41,434 bases of DNA from a virus. Taxonomy: Duplodnaviria > Caudoviricetes. Both the position numbers and the translations under genes were made by a program. This document shows positions 1 to 8,253 of the stretch, in pieces. Below the pieces are notes generated by a model. That model did no database searches, had not been told where the DNA came from, and saw only the letters and a program-made list of their open reading frames with translations. Location of the stretch: positions 1 to 41,434 of the IMG/VR virus record IMGVR_UViG_3300025018_000049; one strand, 5' to 3'. Positions within the stretch are counted from its first letter, which is position 1; every line of letters begins with the position of its first letter.

Positions 1-127
1 ATAATCCCCTTCTTAAACGCCAGGATGCAGGGATCACTGAAACTTATAGACTCTGCCAGAAAAAGACCAGTTCAAACTCTCGCCATTGGTGGGGCCATCG
101 CTGGAGCGCCGGCACTTGCCCTCTATG
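1..127. repeat. Terminal direct repeat, copy 1 (assembly overlap of a circular contig)
   Basis: Identical to 41308-41434; 127 bp; lies inside a reading frame that continues across the junction. Confidence 0.95.
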
Positions 128-993
128 CTCACAACTCTCGATTCCCAGAATACGATGAGATCCCATCATATATAAAGAATACCAACTTTATTATCATGAC
201 CGGTAATAAAGACGTGCCTTTTATCAAGATCCCCAAAGGTGAGATCGGCCAGATATTTGGCAACCCAATCGAATCATTCCTAGACTATGTTCGTGGAAAA
301 GAAGGAGACGGTTTCGCCGACACCATGATCAACATAATGAGTAACTTCTCTCCTCTAAACGGCCCTGGAGATCTTATCCCTACCGCCTTTAAGGGGCCAC
401 TTGAAGTAGCCGCCAACTATGATACCTTCCGAGACCAAAACATTGTCTCTCAGTATAAAAAGGATCTACCACCAGAACAGCAGTATGACTCGACTACCTC
501 CGAAACAGCTAAGGCGATCGGAAAGGTTGTTAAATATTCTCCAGCCAAAATAGAACATCTATTTAAGGGGTATACGGCCGGAGTAGGTAAACAGGCCCTC
601 CAACTAAGTGATGCGATAGGGTTTGGGAAAAAGCCAAAGACTTCCGATCTTCCGGTTATTGATCGGTTCATGGGGGAAAAGAAAGATCTCTCTAAGACCG
701 CCAATGACGTATATAACATGATAGACAAGGCAAACACCGCTACCGCCAAGAGAAATAACGACATAAAAGACATTTTGCGCAAGGGCGGAACCCCAGACTA
801 CACCGGCCTATCTAAACAACAGATCAGTTCTCTGAAAAACACCGTTGAGGATGAGAAGAAAAAAGGAGAACTAAGTCCGACTCAAAAAGCGCTATATAGT
901 CTATCAGAGGCCAAACTGAAAATAATGTTGCAACAAAATCCCGATCTTCGAGACGATATTAACAAAGTAATCGAACTAAAGAAAAGGAAATAA
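1..993 (+). CDS. C-terminal part (LPD38-like domain) of the large polyvalent protein starting at 37576
   Basis: Frame-1 IIPFLNARMQG continues from the window end; LPD38-type motifs (IKIPKGEIG, PLEVAANYDTFRDQNIV, YSPAKIEHLFKGYTAGVG). Confidence 0.85.
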   Translation: MIPFLNARMQGSLKLIDSARKRPVQTLAIGGAIAGAPALALYAHNSRFPEYDEIPSYIKNTNFIIMTGNKDVPFIKIPKGEIGQIFGNPIESFLDYVRGKEGDGFADTMINIMSNFSPLNGPGDLIPTAFKGPLEVAANYDTFRDQNIVSQYKKDLPPEQQYDSTTSETAKAIGKVVKYSPAKIEHLFKGYTAGVGKQALQLSDAIGFGKKPKTSDLPVIDRFMGEKKDLSKTANDVYNMIDKANTATAKRNNDIKDILRKGGTPDYTGLSKQQISSLKNTVEDEKKKGELSPTQKALYSLSEAKLKIMLQQNPDLRDDINKVIELKKRK

Positions 994-997
994 GCAA

Positions 998-1306
998 ATG
1001 GAGGATCTATTCGTGAAAAAATCCGACTTTGAGAAGTTTGCCGCTGATCAGACAAGCCAACACACCGCAATAGACGCGCAGATGAGACTGAACAGTGATA
1101 TCCTAGTCAAACTAGAACCACTGGCCGATCTTGTCCCTTACCTTATAGAATCGGCTGAACTAAAAAGATCTACCGAGAGGTTTGTGGGAAATTGGAAGGG
1201 CCGGGCCAAAACCGCCACGATATTTATTGGCCTGATCGCTGTAATAATAACCGTAGTAGTCTCATTAAGGCAATTAATAATTGACCTGTTTTATGGTCAA
1301 AAGTAA
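998..1306 (+). CDS. Putative holin/membrane protein
   Basis: Single C-terminal TM helix; directly upstream of the endolysin. Confidence 0.55.
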   Translation: MEDLFVKKSDFEKFAADQTSQHTAIDAQMRLNSDILVKLEPLADLVPYLIESAELKRSTERFVGNWKGRAKTATIFIGLIAVIITVVVSLRQLIIDLFYGQK

Positions 1307-1321
1307 TAGAAAGGAGAAAGT

Positions 1322-2170
1322 ATGACATTCCAACAGTTCCTAGATAAGTATGACAGAAAGCCACTAAATCCAGACGGGATTTACGGACAACAATGCGTGG
1401 ACGTTATCAAGCAATATTTTGTAGATTGTCTTGGTATACCAGCCATCCGTAACAACGCCGTAGACTACTGGACAAACTACCCTACGGCTCACCTTACTAA
1501 AATAGTGAACACGCCCTCATTCGTGCCTCAAAAAGGGGATATAGTCGTTTGGGGAACCTCAGTAGGCCAGTATGGTCATATCGCCATCATTATAGATGCC
1601 AACGTAAACTCATTCACTTCTTTTGATCAGAACTGGCCCTTTGATAACGGAACAGGTGTGGCTCACTTTCAATGGCATAACTATACGGGAGTCTTGGGAG
1701 TTCTAAGGCCCAAGAAGAACGTGAACTTTGATCAGGCCGCCTTTGATGCTGATGTTGCTGAGAAGGCAAGGATAGCCTCAGATAGAATGCAAAAAGAAGA
1801 AGCAGCCAGAGTTGCAGCCGAACAGAAGAAACTCGCCGAGGAACAAAAAAGACTAGACGCAGAACTAGCCGCAAAAATAGCAGCCGAAGAATCTGCAAGA
1901 CAGTTAGCCGAACTAAAAGCCCAAGAAGAAGCCGTAGCGAAGGCTCTGGCGGAAGAAAATGCCAAAAAGGCAGAAGGAGAGGAGGTGAAAGACATGAATA
2001 TTTTAGCTGGATACAAAACTTACTCAGGAATACTAATCACGGTTTTAGGTGGACTCGGAGCAGCATCATATTTTGGCGGGGTCGATCAGTTGACCGTTTT
2101 CCTAGATGCTTTGATGGTTGTTGTTGGTGGACTTATCGCACTATACGGAAGATATAAAGCAAGACCGTAG
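1322..2170 (+). CDS. CHAP-domain endolysin with coiled-coil linker and C-terminal TM (holin-like) segment
   Basis: QCVD...GDIVVW...YGHIAI...FDQNW CHAP motifs; Ala/Glu/Lys helical linker; two C-terminal hydrophobic helices; SD AAGGAG. Confidence 0.85.
   Translation: MTFQQFLDKYDRKPLNPDGIYGQQCVDVIKQYFVDCLGIPAIRNNAVDYWTNYPTAHLTKIVNTPSFVPQKGDIVVWGTSVGQYGHIAIIIDANVNSFTSFDQNWPFDNGTGVAHFQWHNYTGVLGVLRPKKNVNFDQAAFDADVAEKARIASDRMQKEEAARVAAEQKKLAEEQKRLDAELAAKIAAEESARQLAELKAQEEAVAKALAEENAKKAEGEEVKDMNILAGYKTYSGILITVLGGLGAASYFGGVDQLTVFLDALMVVVGGLIALYGRYKARP
1994..2170 (+). CDS. Nested in-frame holin-like protein (58 aa)
   Basis: Perfect SD GGAGGTGA at 1981-1988, 5 nt before in-frame ATG; MNILAGYKTY start and two TM helices are typical of small holins. 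Confidence 0.6.
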   Translation: MNILAGYKTYSGILITVLGGLGAASYFGGVDQLTVFLDALMVVVGGLIALYGRYKARP

Positions 2171-2230
2171 CTTTCAGATAGAGGGGTGTAAAATCCCTCT
2201 TTGTCTGTAAACTACACGCACCTTGAAAAC
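2167..2230 (+). promoter_or_regulatory. Stem-loop followed by boxA-like GCACCTTGAAAAC (possible antitermination site)
   Basis: Hairpin 2167-2215 (CAGATAGAGGG/CCCTCTTTGTCTG); 2218-2230 resembles rRNA-operon boxA. Confidence 0.45.
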
Positions 2231-2255
2231 CAAATAGTTTGAGGAAAGGAGAGAG

Positions 2256-2492
2256 ATGTATCGCTGTGCGGTCTGCAATAAGCGAGGATTCCTCACCCGC
2301 CACCACTTTTGGTGGCCTAAGAAGAAGTATCATCGAAGCAAGGCTCTCCGTAAGCAGGTCATTCTGGTCTGCAACGAATGTCACCAGGACTACCATGGAA
2401 AGTGTGCTCACGATAAGTGCATCCTCGGATGTGCTGAACTGACCGCTTGTAGGTATTTCGGTATTTGCCTCTACGCAAGATTGGAGATGTAA
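2256..2492 (+). CDS. Small HNH-like zinc-binding protein
   Basis: CxxC...HH...CxxCH pattern; SD AGGAG. Confidence 0.55.
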   Translation: MYRCAVCNKRGFLTRHHFWWPKKKYHRSKALRKQVILVCNECHQDYHGKCAHDKCILGCAELTACRYFGICLYARLEM

Positions 2493-2713
2493 TGAACGGA
2501 TACGAAGATGGTGCTCTCATCAAGCACGTCAAGACCAAAGGGGGCTTCACCTGTTCGGCCAAGCTGTTCGAGGGTGTGGTCTACTTCATCGCCTACTCCA
2601 AAGGAAAACACGAATGGGAGGAACGGGCCTACGACCCCAACACCTGGGATCAGCACTTCATCGACTTCTGCGACAGGATGGACTCCCTCAACGACACCAT
2701 ATTCTTCTCATGA
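2492..2713 (+). CDS. Hypothetical protein
   Basis: TAATG coupling with the upstream gene; SD GGAG. Confidence 0.55.
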   Translation: MNGYEDGALIKHVKTKGGFTCSAKLFEGVVYFIAYSKGKHEWEERAYDPNTWDQHFIDFCDRMDSLNDTIFFS

Positions 2714-2889
2714 AAGTCACCTGCACAAAACCAGGTATCACCTTCAACGCCTACCACCACACCGCTATCAGCCACTACTTCGTGGCTGAATACTGGAGCG
2801 GTCGGAGGATCGAAGCTCACCACGAAGGCGAGGAATGGGAAAGCGCCTACCTGACATTCATCCAGAATGTCATCACCTACGGAGGGTGA
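2710..2889 (+). CDS. Hypothetical protein
   Basis: ATGA overlap; same codon style as neighbours. Confidence 0.5.
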   Translation: MKVTCTKPGITFNAYHHTAISHYFVAEYWSGRRIEAHHEGEEWESAYLTFIQNVITYGG

Positions 2890-2890
2890 G

Positions 2891-3121
2891 ATGTGGGAAA
2901 CAATCTACACCGAGACCTTCAACTACTTCACCATCGTGGTGAGGCACCTAGTTGGAACGGAAATCTACAAGCTCTACGCTCGTAGGTTGGGGACGGCCTA
3001 CTGCCCCTTTTTCATCCTTTCCCACGAGAACCGTCAGGTTGTCCCAGGGAACTGGATGGTCGGTCTTGACGAGTTCCGCAAGGAACTGAGCGAGTTCAAC
3101 CCACCACTACGAAGGAGGTGA
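2891..3121 (+). CDS. Hypothetical protein
   Basis: SD GGAGGG before ATG. Confidence 0.55.
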   Translation: MWETIYTETFNYFTIVVRHLVGTEIYKLYARRLGTAYCPFFILSHENRQVVPGNWMVGLDEFRKELSEFNPPLRRR

Positions 3122-3124
3122 ATC

Positions 3125-4462
3125 ATGCTCGCTATGGATTACAGAGAGGTCGTTCAACACCTGAAGAACCGCATCATCGGACAAGAGACAGCTCTTGAGC
3201 AAATCGAACAGGCTCTCATGCTCGCACAAGCGGGTATTGGAGACCCCGAGAAGCCGTTGTGCGTCTTGTTTTTCGCCGGCCCCACTGGTGTCGGTAAGTC
3301 CGAAGCCGTTGTGGCTCTGGCTGAGGCTCTGGGATCTGAGATCTGCCGTATAGACGGAAACCAGCTCACTCAATCCCACACCATCGCTTCCCTTACTGGC
3401 TCTCCTCCTGGATATGTCGGTTCTGCGGAAGGCAACACCACTCTGGACAAGAAGGTCATCGAGGGAACGCCTGGACATCCTGGGATACTGGTCATCGAAG
3501 AAATCGAGAAGGCTCACCCTTCTATATGGGACGCACTTCTCTCGGTTTTCGACAAGGCCACCCTGAAAATGACCAACGGCAAAGGACACATCAACTTCGT
3601 CAACTGCTTCATTATCATCACTTCCAATATCGGCTCTCGTGAGTTGAAGGACGAAGTGAGCAAGACCCCTCTGGGGTTCTGTGAAGCTCGTGAGGACAAG
3701 GAAGACCTCAACCTCGATGGGGACACTCGCAAGGGTATCGTCCACAAGGCCATGGGTAAGGCGTTTCGTCCTGAATTCTTAGGACGGATCGACTACATCG
3801 TGACCTTCCGTTGGCTGACCCAACCCGAGCTGCTTCTCATCGTGGACAGGTTCATTCGTCAACTCAACGACCGCCTGATGGGACGGCAACTGTATCTGGA
3901 GGTCACTGACCCCGCCCGGAACTATCTGGTTTCGGAAGGGTTCGACATCAAGTATGGCGCCCGCCCTCTCAAGTCGGCTGTCCGCAAACACCTCGAAGTG
4001 CCTCTCTCGAAGGACATCTGCCTCTTCTACAAGGAAGGGACAAAGTATATCGCGAGGCTCAAGAAGGGTGAAGTGGTCTTCGACAAGACCCAACTGCCTA
4101 TCTTAAGGCCCAAGGTGGAACTCGTTCAAGGCAAGAAGACCGTCCACCGAGAGGTCTCGATGAAGCTGGGTGGCGATGTCAACACCGTTCACTGCTCACT
4201 CTACCCCGAAGAAGCGGAAGTCTTTGACCGCTGGGTCGAGTGCTTTGTCGGCACAAACATCACCCTCTACCTGATGAACATCACTTCTAAGGAAATGGTG
4301 GCTCTGGTTCGTCTTTTGACTAAGGTCGAGGGACGGCTACACGCCTCCAAATCCAACCCCGAACCGGAGGACATTGTCCAGCTGGTAACGGCCGCAATCC
4401 TTCGGGCTAAGGGAGTGTTCACCGACAGTATCTTCTGGAAGATAGCCAACAATCATATCTAG
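3125..4462 (+). CDS. ClpA/ClpB-family AAA+ ATPase with only the second (D2) module plus a C-terminal extension
   Basis: IIGQ, Walker A GPTGVGKS, GSPPGYVG pore loop, Walker B LVIEEIEKAHP, TSNIG, FRPEFLGRID, YGARPL. Confidence 0.9.
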   Translation: MLAMDYREVVQHLKNRIIGQETALEQIEQALMLAQAGIGDPEKPLCVLFFAGPTGVGKSEAVVALAEALGSEICRIDGNQLTQSHTIASLTGSPPGYVGSAEGNTTLDKKVIEGTPGHPGILVIEEIEKAHPSIWDALLSVFDKATLKMTNGKGHINFVNCFIIITSNIGSRELKDEVSKTPLGFCEAREDKEDLNLDGDTRKGIVHKAMGKAFRPEFLGRIDYIVTFRWLTQPELLLIVDRFIRQLNDRLMGRQLYLEVTDPARNYLVSEGFDIKYGARPLKSAVRKHLEVPLSKDICLFYKEGTKYIARLKKGEVVFDKTQLPILRPKVELVQGKKTVHREVSMKLGGDVNTVHCSLYPEEAEVFDRWVECFVGTNITLYLMNITSKEMVALVRLLTKVEGRLHASKSNPEPEDIVQLVTAAILRAKGVFTDSIFWKIANNHI

Positions 4463-4476
4463 TATCAGGGGGAATC

Positions 4477-4623
4477 ATGTGTTGCGATGACTGCAAAAAG
4501 AAGGAGTGGTGTGACCACCCTTGCCCGAAGTTCCTGGAGGAATACTTGGAGGAGGTGGAAGATGACAGACGTGAGGAGGACAGCCGGCCGACCGGTCAAA
4601 CTCAACTCCGTTTCGACATCTGA
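4477..4623 (+). CDS. Small Cys-rich protein (48 aa)
   Basis: MCCDDCKKKEWCDHPCPKF...; SD GGGGGA; below the ORF-track cutoff. Confidence 0.4.
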   Translation: MCCDDCKKKEWCDHPCPKFLEEYLEEVEDDRREEDSRPTGQTQLRFDI

Positions 4624-4750
4624 GACGAAGAAGCTCCTGGTTCCCATCGGTGACATCCACTACGGAGCACCGAATTGCGACATCGACAAGGTTCAGAGAA
4701 CTCTGGACTTCTGCCGGGAGCGTAACGCCTGGATCATCTTAATGGGTGAT
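4562..4750 (+). CDS. Calcineurin-like metallophosphoesterase, exon 1
   Basis: GDIHYG motif I; ends at MGD of motif II at the intron 5' splice site; SD GGAGG. Confidence 0.85.
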
Positions 4751-4905
4751 TAACAATCAGGTCACCCCAAGTCTGTGAGGACTTGTAAAAAAACTTCTTA
4801 AATTGCTGGAATAACCCAAGAGGCGAAAACCGAAAGGTTTAGCACTAACGGTCAATCAGCAGCCAAGCCCGAAAGGGAAGGTTCAGAGACTAAAGAGGAA
4901 GCACC

Positions 4906-4934
4906 TTGTATTTATGTTAGTTATATGCTAATAT
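4906..4934 (+). promoter_or_regulatory. Intron-internal sigma70 promoter for the HNH gene (leaderless)
   Basis: TTGTAT-17-TAATAT with extended TG; ATG 6 nt after the -10; no SD. Confidence 0.55.
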
Positions 4935-4940
4935 TAGAAT

Positions 4941-5351
4941 ATGACTAACAAAGAACAGCCCTTTAAAGGTCGTGAAAAAGAGTATAAACACGAATGGTAT
5001 CTTAAAAATTTGGAGAGGTGTAAAAAACTCCAAAAGGAAAGATATGAACGGAACAAAACTCAGTGGTTACTGCTAAGCAAACTGTATCAGGCAGAACACC
5101 CAGAAGCGACTCGAAGAAACAAAAGGAAGAACAAAGACAAAATAAGGTTTGATGGGAATCGTCAAAGCATTTTGGAAAGAGATAGGTTTGTATGTCGACT
5201 ATGTGGAGAAAACAGTCAACTGATTATCCACCACATAGACGGAACAACAAACAGAAAAGAAGAAAAAAATGCAAACAATGACCCTACAAACCTGATAACA
5301 TTATGTCGGAGTTGTCACCTAAAAGTTCACAAATACAAGATGAAGATATAG
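4941..5351 (+). CDS. Intron-encoded HNH homing endonuclease
   Basis: ILERDRFVCRLCG...IHHID...NLITLCRSCHLKVH; lies between intron R and S elements. Confidence 0.9.
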   Translation: MTNKEQPFKGREKEYKHEWYLKNLERCKKLQKERYERNKTQWLLLSKLYQAEHPEATRRNKRKNKDKIRFDGNRQSILERDRFVCRLCGENSQLIIHHIDGTTNRKEEKNANNDPTNLITLCRSCHLKVHKYKMKI

Positions 5352-5410
5352 TCCGAACTTATAGGAAACTATAAGAAGCCAGCACATAAAAACTGGCGGT
5401 AACAAAATTA

Positions 5411-5995
5411 CTGATGGATGCCTCAACCCGCTACTCAGTGGGGGCTGGTGTCTACGAACAGATCTGTAACCCCCAGGAGCAACTGGACTTCCTGGTGGAG
5501 ATGTTTCGGCCCTACGCCGATCTGATCATCGGATCCCACGCCGGGAACCATGAATTTCGGATCACCAAAGAAACCGGCATCAATATCATGCGGCTATTCT
5601 GCCAACTGGTAGGTGTCCGGAACCTGGAATACTCCATCAACCACTGTCTCCGGGTAGGATCCCAGCGCTACATTGTCTACTCGACTCATGGATCCTCCGG
5701 GGCAACCCTGCGCCATACCAAAATCAAGCGTGTCCTGGACATCGCTTCCTGGAACAAAGCTGATCTATACTTGTATGCTCATGTTCATACGCTCGACACC
5801 AAGACCGATGAATACCGAGAGTATGATGCGCGCAACAAGTGCATGGTCACCAAACAGCGATCGTTCGCCCTGACCGGATCCTTCCTCAACTATGACGGTT
5901 CGTATGCTGATATGAAAAACTATCAGCCAGAGCGGACTGGATGTGTGAACGTGCATCTCAACGGTGTCAAGTTTGACATTCACCTCACAATATAG
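5411..5995 (+). CDS. Calcineurin-like metallophosphoesterase, exon 2 (spliced product ~257 aa)
   Basis: LMD completes GDxxD; GNHE, THG, AHVH, TGSFL motifs. Confidence 0.85.
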   Translation: MMDASTRYSVGAGVYEQICNPQEQLDFLVEMFRPYADLIIGSHAGNHEFRITKETGINIMRLFCQLVGVRNLEYSINHCLRVGSQRYIVYSTHGSSGATLRHTKIKRVLDIASWNKADLYLYAHVHTLDTKTDEYREYDARNKCMVTKQRSFALTGSFLNYDGSYADMKNYQPERTGCVNVHLNGVKFDIHLTI

Positions 5996-6004
5996 TCCCC
6001 TCAC

Positions 6005-6052
6005 CAGGACTCCAGATAAGCCTCCCAAAAGGAGAAACTGTCTGGAGTCCTG
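6005..6052 (+). terminator. Strong stem-loop closing the GC-rich operon (terminator or stabiliser)
   Basis: CAGGACTCCAGATA/TGTCTGGAGTCCTG 14-bp stem; no clear U tract. Confidence 0.5.
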
Positions 6053-6106
6053 ACCAACCTACAAAGATTATCTCAAATTAAATATAAATTTTAATATGCA
6101 AAATGT

Positions 6107-6150
6107 AGAAAACAAAAGTGTTGACAAGTGGTTATCCACTTTACTATAAT
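6107..6150 (+). promoter_or_regulatory. Sigma70 promoter, repeated-motif family copy 1
   Basis: TTGACA 6121, TATAAT 6145; palindrome AAGTGG-TTAT-CCACTT in the spacer; 25 bp identical to 8601-8625. Confidence 0.75.
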
Positions 6151-6308
6151 ATCGATAGCACTTTGTCATGAGTAGAGATGACGCGAGAATGTTCGATCGC
6201 CTTCTGCCGACATATCAAAAAGATTATAAATCTATTATTTGATTGCAGATTGGAGGCCGGCATTTTGGCACTACATCTCTATAATACCAACCTAAAAGAA
6301 AGGCGCTT

Positions 6309-6845
6309 ATTCTAAGTTTCAAAGATAAGATCCTAGTCTATTGCCTACCCTTTGTTATCCTGGCATGCCTGTTACTTATCGCGGGAACCGCAAATAGTGA
6401 ACCAATCGAACCAAACGGAAAAGTTGCTAGAGCCGTAATAGAGAACCTTCAAATAAAAACAAAAAAACCAGAGTTTACTGCACCAGTATATAGAACAGCA
6501 CCGCCGGTAGTAGTTGCACCAGTTGTTAAAAAACCCTCCCGGTCGATCCCGATCTCCATCCCCACCAATGAGGTGACAGTCCTTGCGCACGCTATGGTGG
6601 TAGCAAAATTCGGAGAATCGGGATGGAACGCCCTATATATACTTATTAACAGAGAATCGGGATGGAAACATTATGCAATCAACCAAAGTTCTGGGGCATG
6701 TGGCCTTTTTCAGGCGCTCCCCTGTTCAAAAATGGGTGGCATGGAAATAACCAATCAAATAACCTGGGGCCTAAATTATATCGCCTCAAGGTATGGCTCA
6801 CCGAGCCGAGCATTGGCCTTTCATAATGTCCATAACTGGTATTAA
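6309..6845 (+). CDS. Secreted/membrane-anchored lytic transglycosylase (SLT, Apf/Rpf-like); probable ATT start
   Basis: RESGW...AINQSSGACGLFQALP...YIASRYGS...NWY; frame open from 6285 and encodes an N-terminal TM; SD AAAGG 5 nt before ATT. Confidence 0.75.
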   Translation: MLSFKDKILVYCLPFVILACLLLIAGTANSEPIEPNGKVARAVIENLQIKTKKPEFTAPVYRTAPPVVVAPVVKKPSRSIPISIPTNEVTVLAHAMVVAKFGESGWNALYILINRESGWKHYAINQSSGACGLFQALPCSKMGGMEITNQITWGLNYIASRYGSPSRALAFHNVHNWY

Positions 6846-7034
6846 ATGTTTACCATTCTTATGTGGGTAGGTGTATTCTGGTTCGTGTTTAAAATAATCC
6901 GCTAGTCTTTTGACGGTAGGCTAAAGCCGTTGAAGGTAGGACAAATGATCCAGGATTTTCACTTCCCAAGATCCAAAACCTACCATCGTTTCTCCTATTA
7001 TAGTCGCCATCGGTATAAGGAAAATGAATGTTCT

Positions 7035-7460
7035 ATGACAAATTTTAAAGAACACAACAAAATAAAAGTTAAATATGGGGTTAGTCCCTTCTGGTATCAG
7101 AAAAGAAACAAATACAACAACCAGAAAAAAGATGGGTATGATAGTCTCATGGAAAGAGATGATGGCCTATTTTTAAAATCTCTAGTTCAACAAAAGAAAA
7201 TAAAATCTTGTGAAGAACAAAAACAGTTTGATCTATATGCTTGGGACAAAACTGGTGATAAATGTGTTTTATTACATCGTCACAAACCGGACTTTTTAGT
7301 TACTCTGAATGATGGTAGGCAAAAAGTAGTAGAAACGAAGGGGTTTTTAAGCGAAAGATGGAAAGACAACGTCAAGCTATGGGCCATAAACTATCCCGAA
7401 ATAGAGTATTTAGTTAGCACAAAATCAAGCCCTATTGACATTCCAAAACTACTCATGTAA
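7035..7460 (+). CDS. DUF1064-like PD-(D/E)xK nuclease (start uncertain)
   Basis: NKYNN...YDSLME...KPDFLV...VVETKG. Confidence 0.7.
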   Translation: MTNFKEHNKIKVKYGVSPFWYQKRNKYNNQKKDGYDSLMERDDGLFLKSLVQQKKIKSCEEQKQFDLYAWDKTGDKCVLLHRHKPDFLVTLNDGRQKVVETKGFLSERWKDNVKLWAINYPEIEYLVSTKSSPIDIPKLLM

Positions 7461-7469
7461 TATCAAGTT

Positions 7470-8051
7470 ATGGAATGTAAAAATTGTGGGACTAAAGTAA
7501 AAAAAGCCAATCGTAAATTTTGTAGCCATAAGTGTGCAAATATTTTTACTGGCCCGGTTCGTAGAAAAAGAGTTGCCCTAACTTGTGAATACTGCCTGAA
7601 AAAGTTTGAAGTTACTCCCGGAGATCTTAAATACCGGGTAAATATTAGATTTTGTTCTGTCGCCTGTCGTAACGTGGGGTCAAAAAACTTTAGCAAGTGG
7701 GTTAGAGTAAATTGTGACCATTGTGGTAAGAACTTTGGAAGGTTAACGTCTAAGCTATCGAACTTTAAACACCACTTTTGTGGGGATCCTTGTCGGCGAG
7801 AATTTAATAAAATCAACCCTCCTCACAAGGGGAGCGGAACATGGCTAGAAAATGGGTATAAGGTTAAATATACTGGTAATGGTAATGGTCGGAAAGAACA
7901 CCGTCTAGTTATGGAGAAACATCTTGGAAGAAAACTAGAAATTAAAGAATATATACACCATATAAATGGTGACAAAACTGATAATAGGATCGACAATCTA
8001 GTCATCATGACTGCTTCTGAACACACATCACTTCACAGGAATAGTGATTAA
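7470..8051 (+). CDS. Free-standing HNH endonuclease with N-terminal zinc-finger repeats
   Basis: Three CxxC...FCSxxC-type repeats; [12 protein letters not shown]...[15 protein letters not shown]. Confidence 0.9.
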   Translation: MECKNCGTKVKKANRKFCSHKCANIFTGPVRRKRVALTCEYCLKKFEVTPGDLKYRVNIRFCSVACRNVGSKNFSKWVRVNCDHCGKNFGRLTSKLSNFKHHFCGDPCRREFNKINPPHKGSGTWLENGYKVKYTGNGNGRKEHRLVMEKHLGRKLEIKEYIHHINGDKTDNRIDNLVIMTASEHTSLHRNSD

Positions 8052-8056
8052 AAGAG

Positions 8057-8085
8057 TTGACAAGTGGATAACATTCTGTTAGTAT
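8057..8085 (+). promoter_or_regulatory. Sigma70 promoter, repeated-motif copy 2
   Basis: TTGACAAGTGGATAA; TGnTAGTAT at 17 nt; ATG 6 nt downstream. Confidence 0.65.
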
Positions 8086-8091
8086 AAGGCT

Positions 8092-8253
8092 ATGGAAAAG
8101 ATGAAAACGTATACAATATATGAGACTCATGGTTTGCGACACCTGGCGCGAAAGATCCAGGCCATCCCTATTATGAAAAGATCCGGGGCCGTAGTCTTTA
8201 TAGATCAGATCCAGAAAAAAGATAATTTAAGCAGCGAGGAAATAACTGAATGA
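8092..8253 (+). CDS. Hypothetical protein (53 aa), likely leaderless
   Basis: Open frame directly after the promoter; ATGA overlap with the next gene. Confidence 0.45.
   Translation: MEKMKTYTIYETHGLRHLARKIQAIPIMKRSGAVVFIDQIQKKDNLSSEEITE

Larger units (their letters stand above)
4751..5410 (+). mobile_element. Group I self-splicing intron (660 nt) carrying an HNH homing endonuclease
   Basis: P AATTGCTGGAA 4801, Q AATCAGCAGCC 4854, R GTTCAGAGACTA 4881, S AAGATATAGTCC 5343; P1 GGGTGAT/GTCACCC with U.G at the splice site; P10 ATCAG/CTGAT. Confidence 0.92.

Noticed and set aside
1-127. 127-bp terminal repeat as a biological DTR
   Set aside because: The length equals a common assembler k-mer and it falls mid-gene; best read as a circular-assembly overlap
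3107-4660. Minus-strand ORFs over the ClpB-like gene and neighbours
   Set aside because: Antisense to well-supported genes in a GC-richer region where stop codons are rarer
5411-5413. Canonical omega-G 3' splice site at G5413
   Set aside because: It would delete the Leu of GDxxD and disrupt P10; disfavoured but not excluded without RNA data
6905-7015. tRNA or ncRNA in the intergenic stretch with GGTAGG/CCTACC pairing
   Set aside because: No cloverleaf, TTCGA T-loop or CCA end; pairing too weak to call
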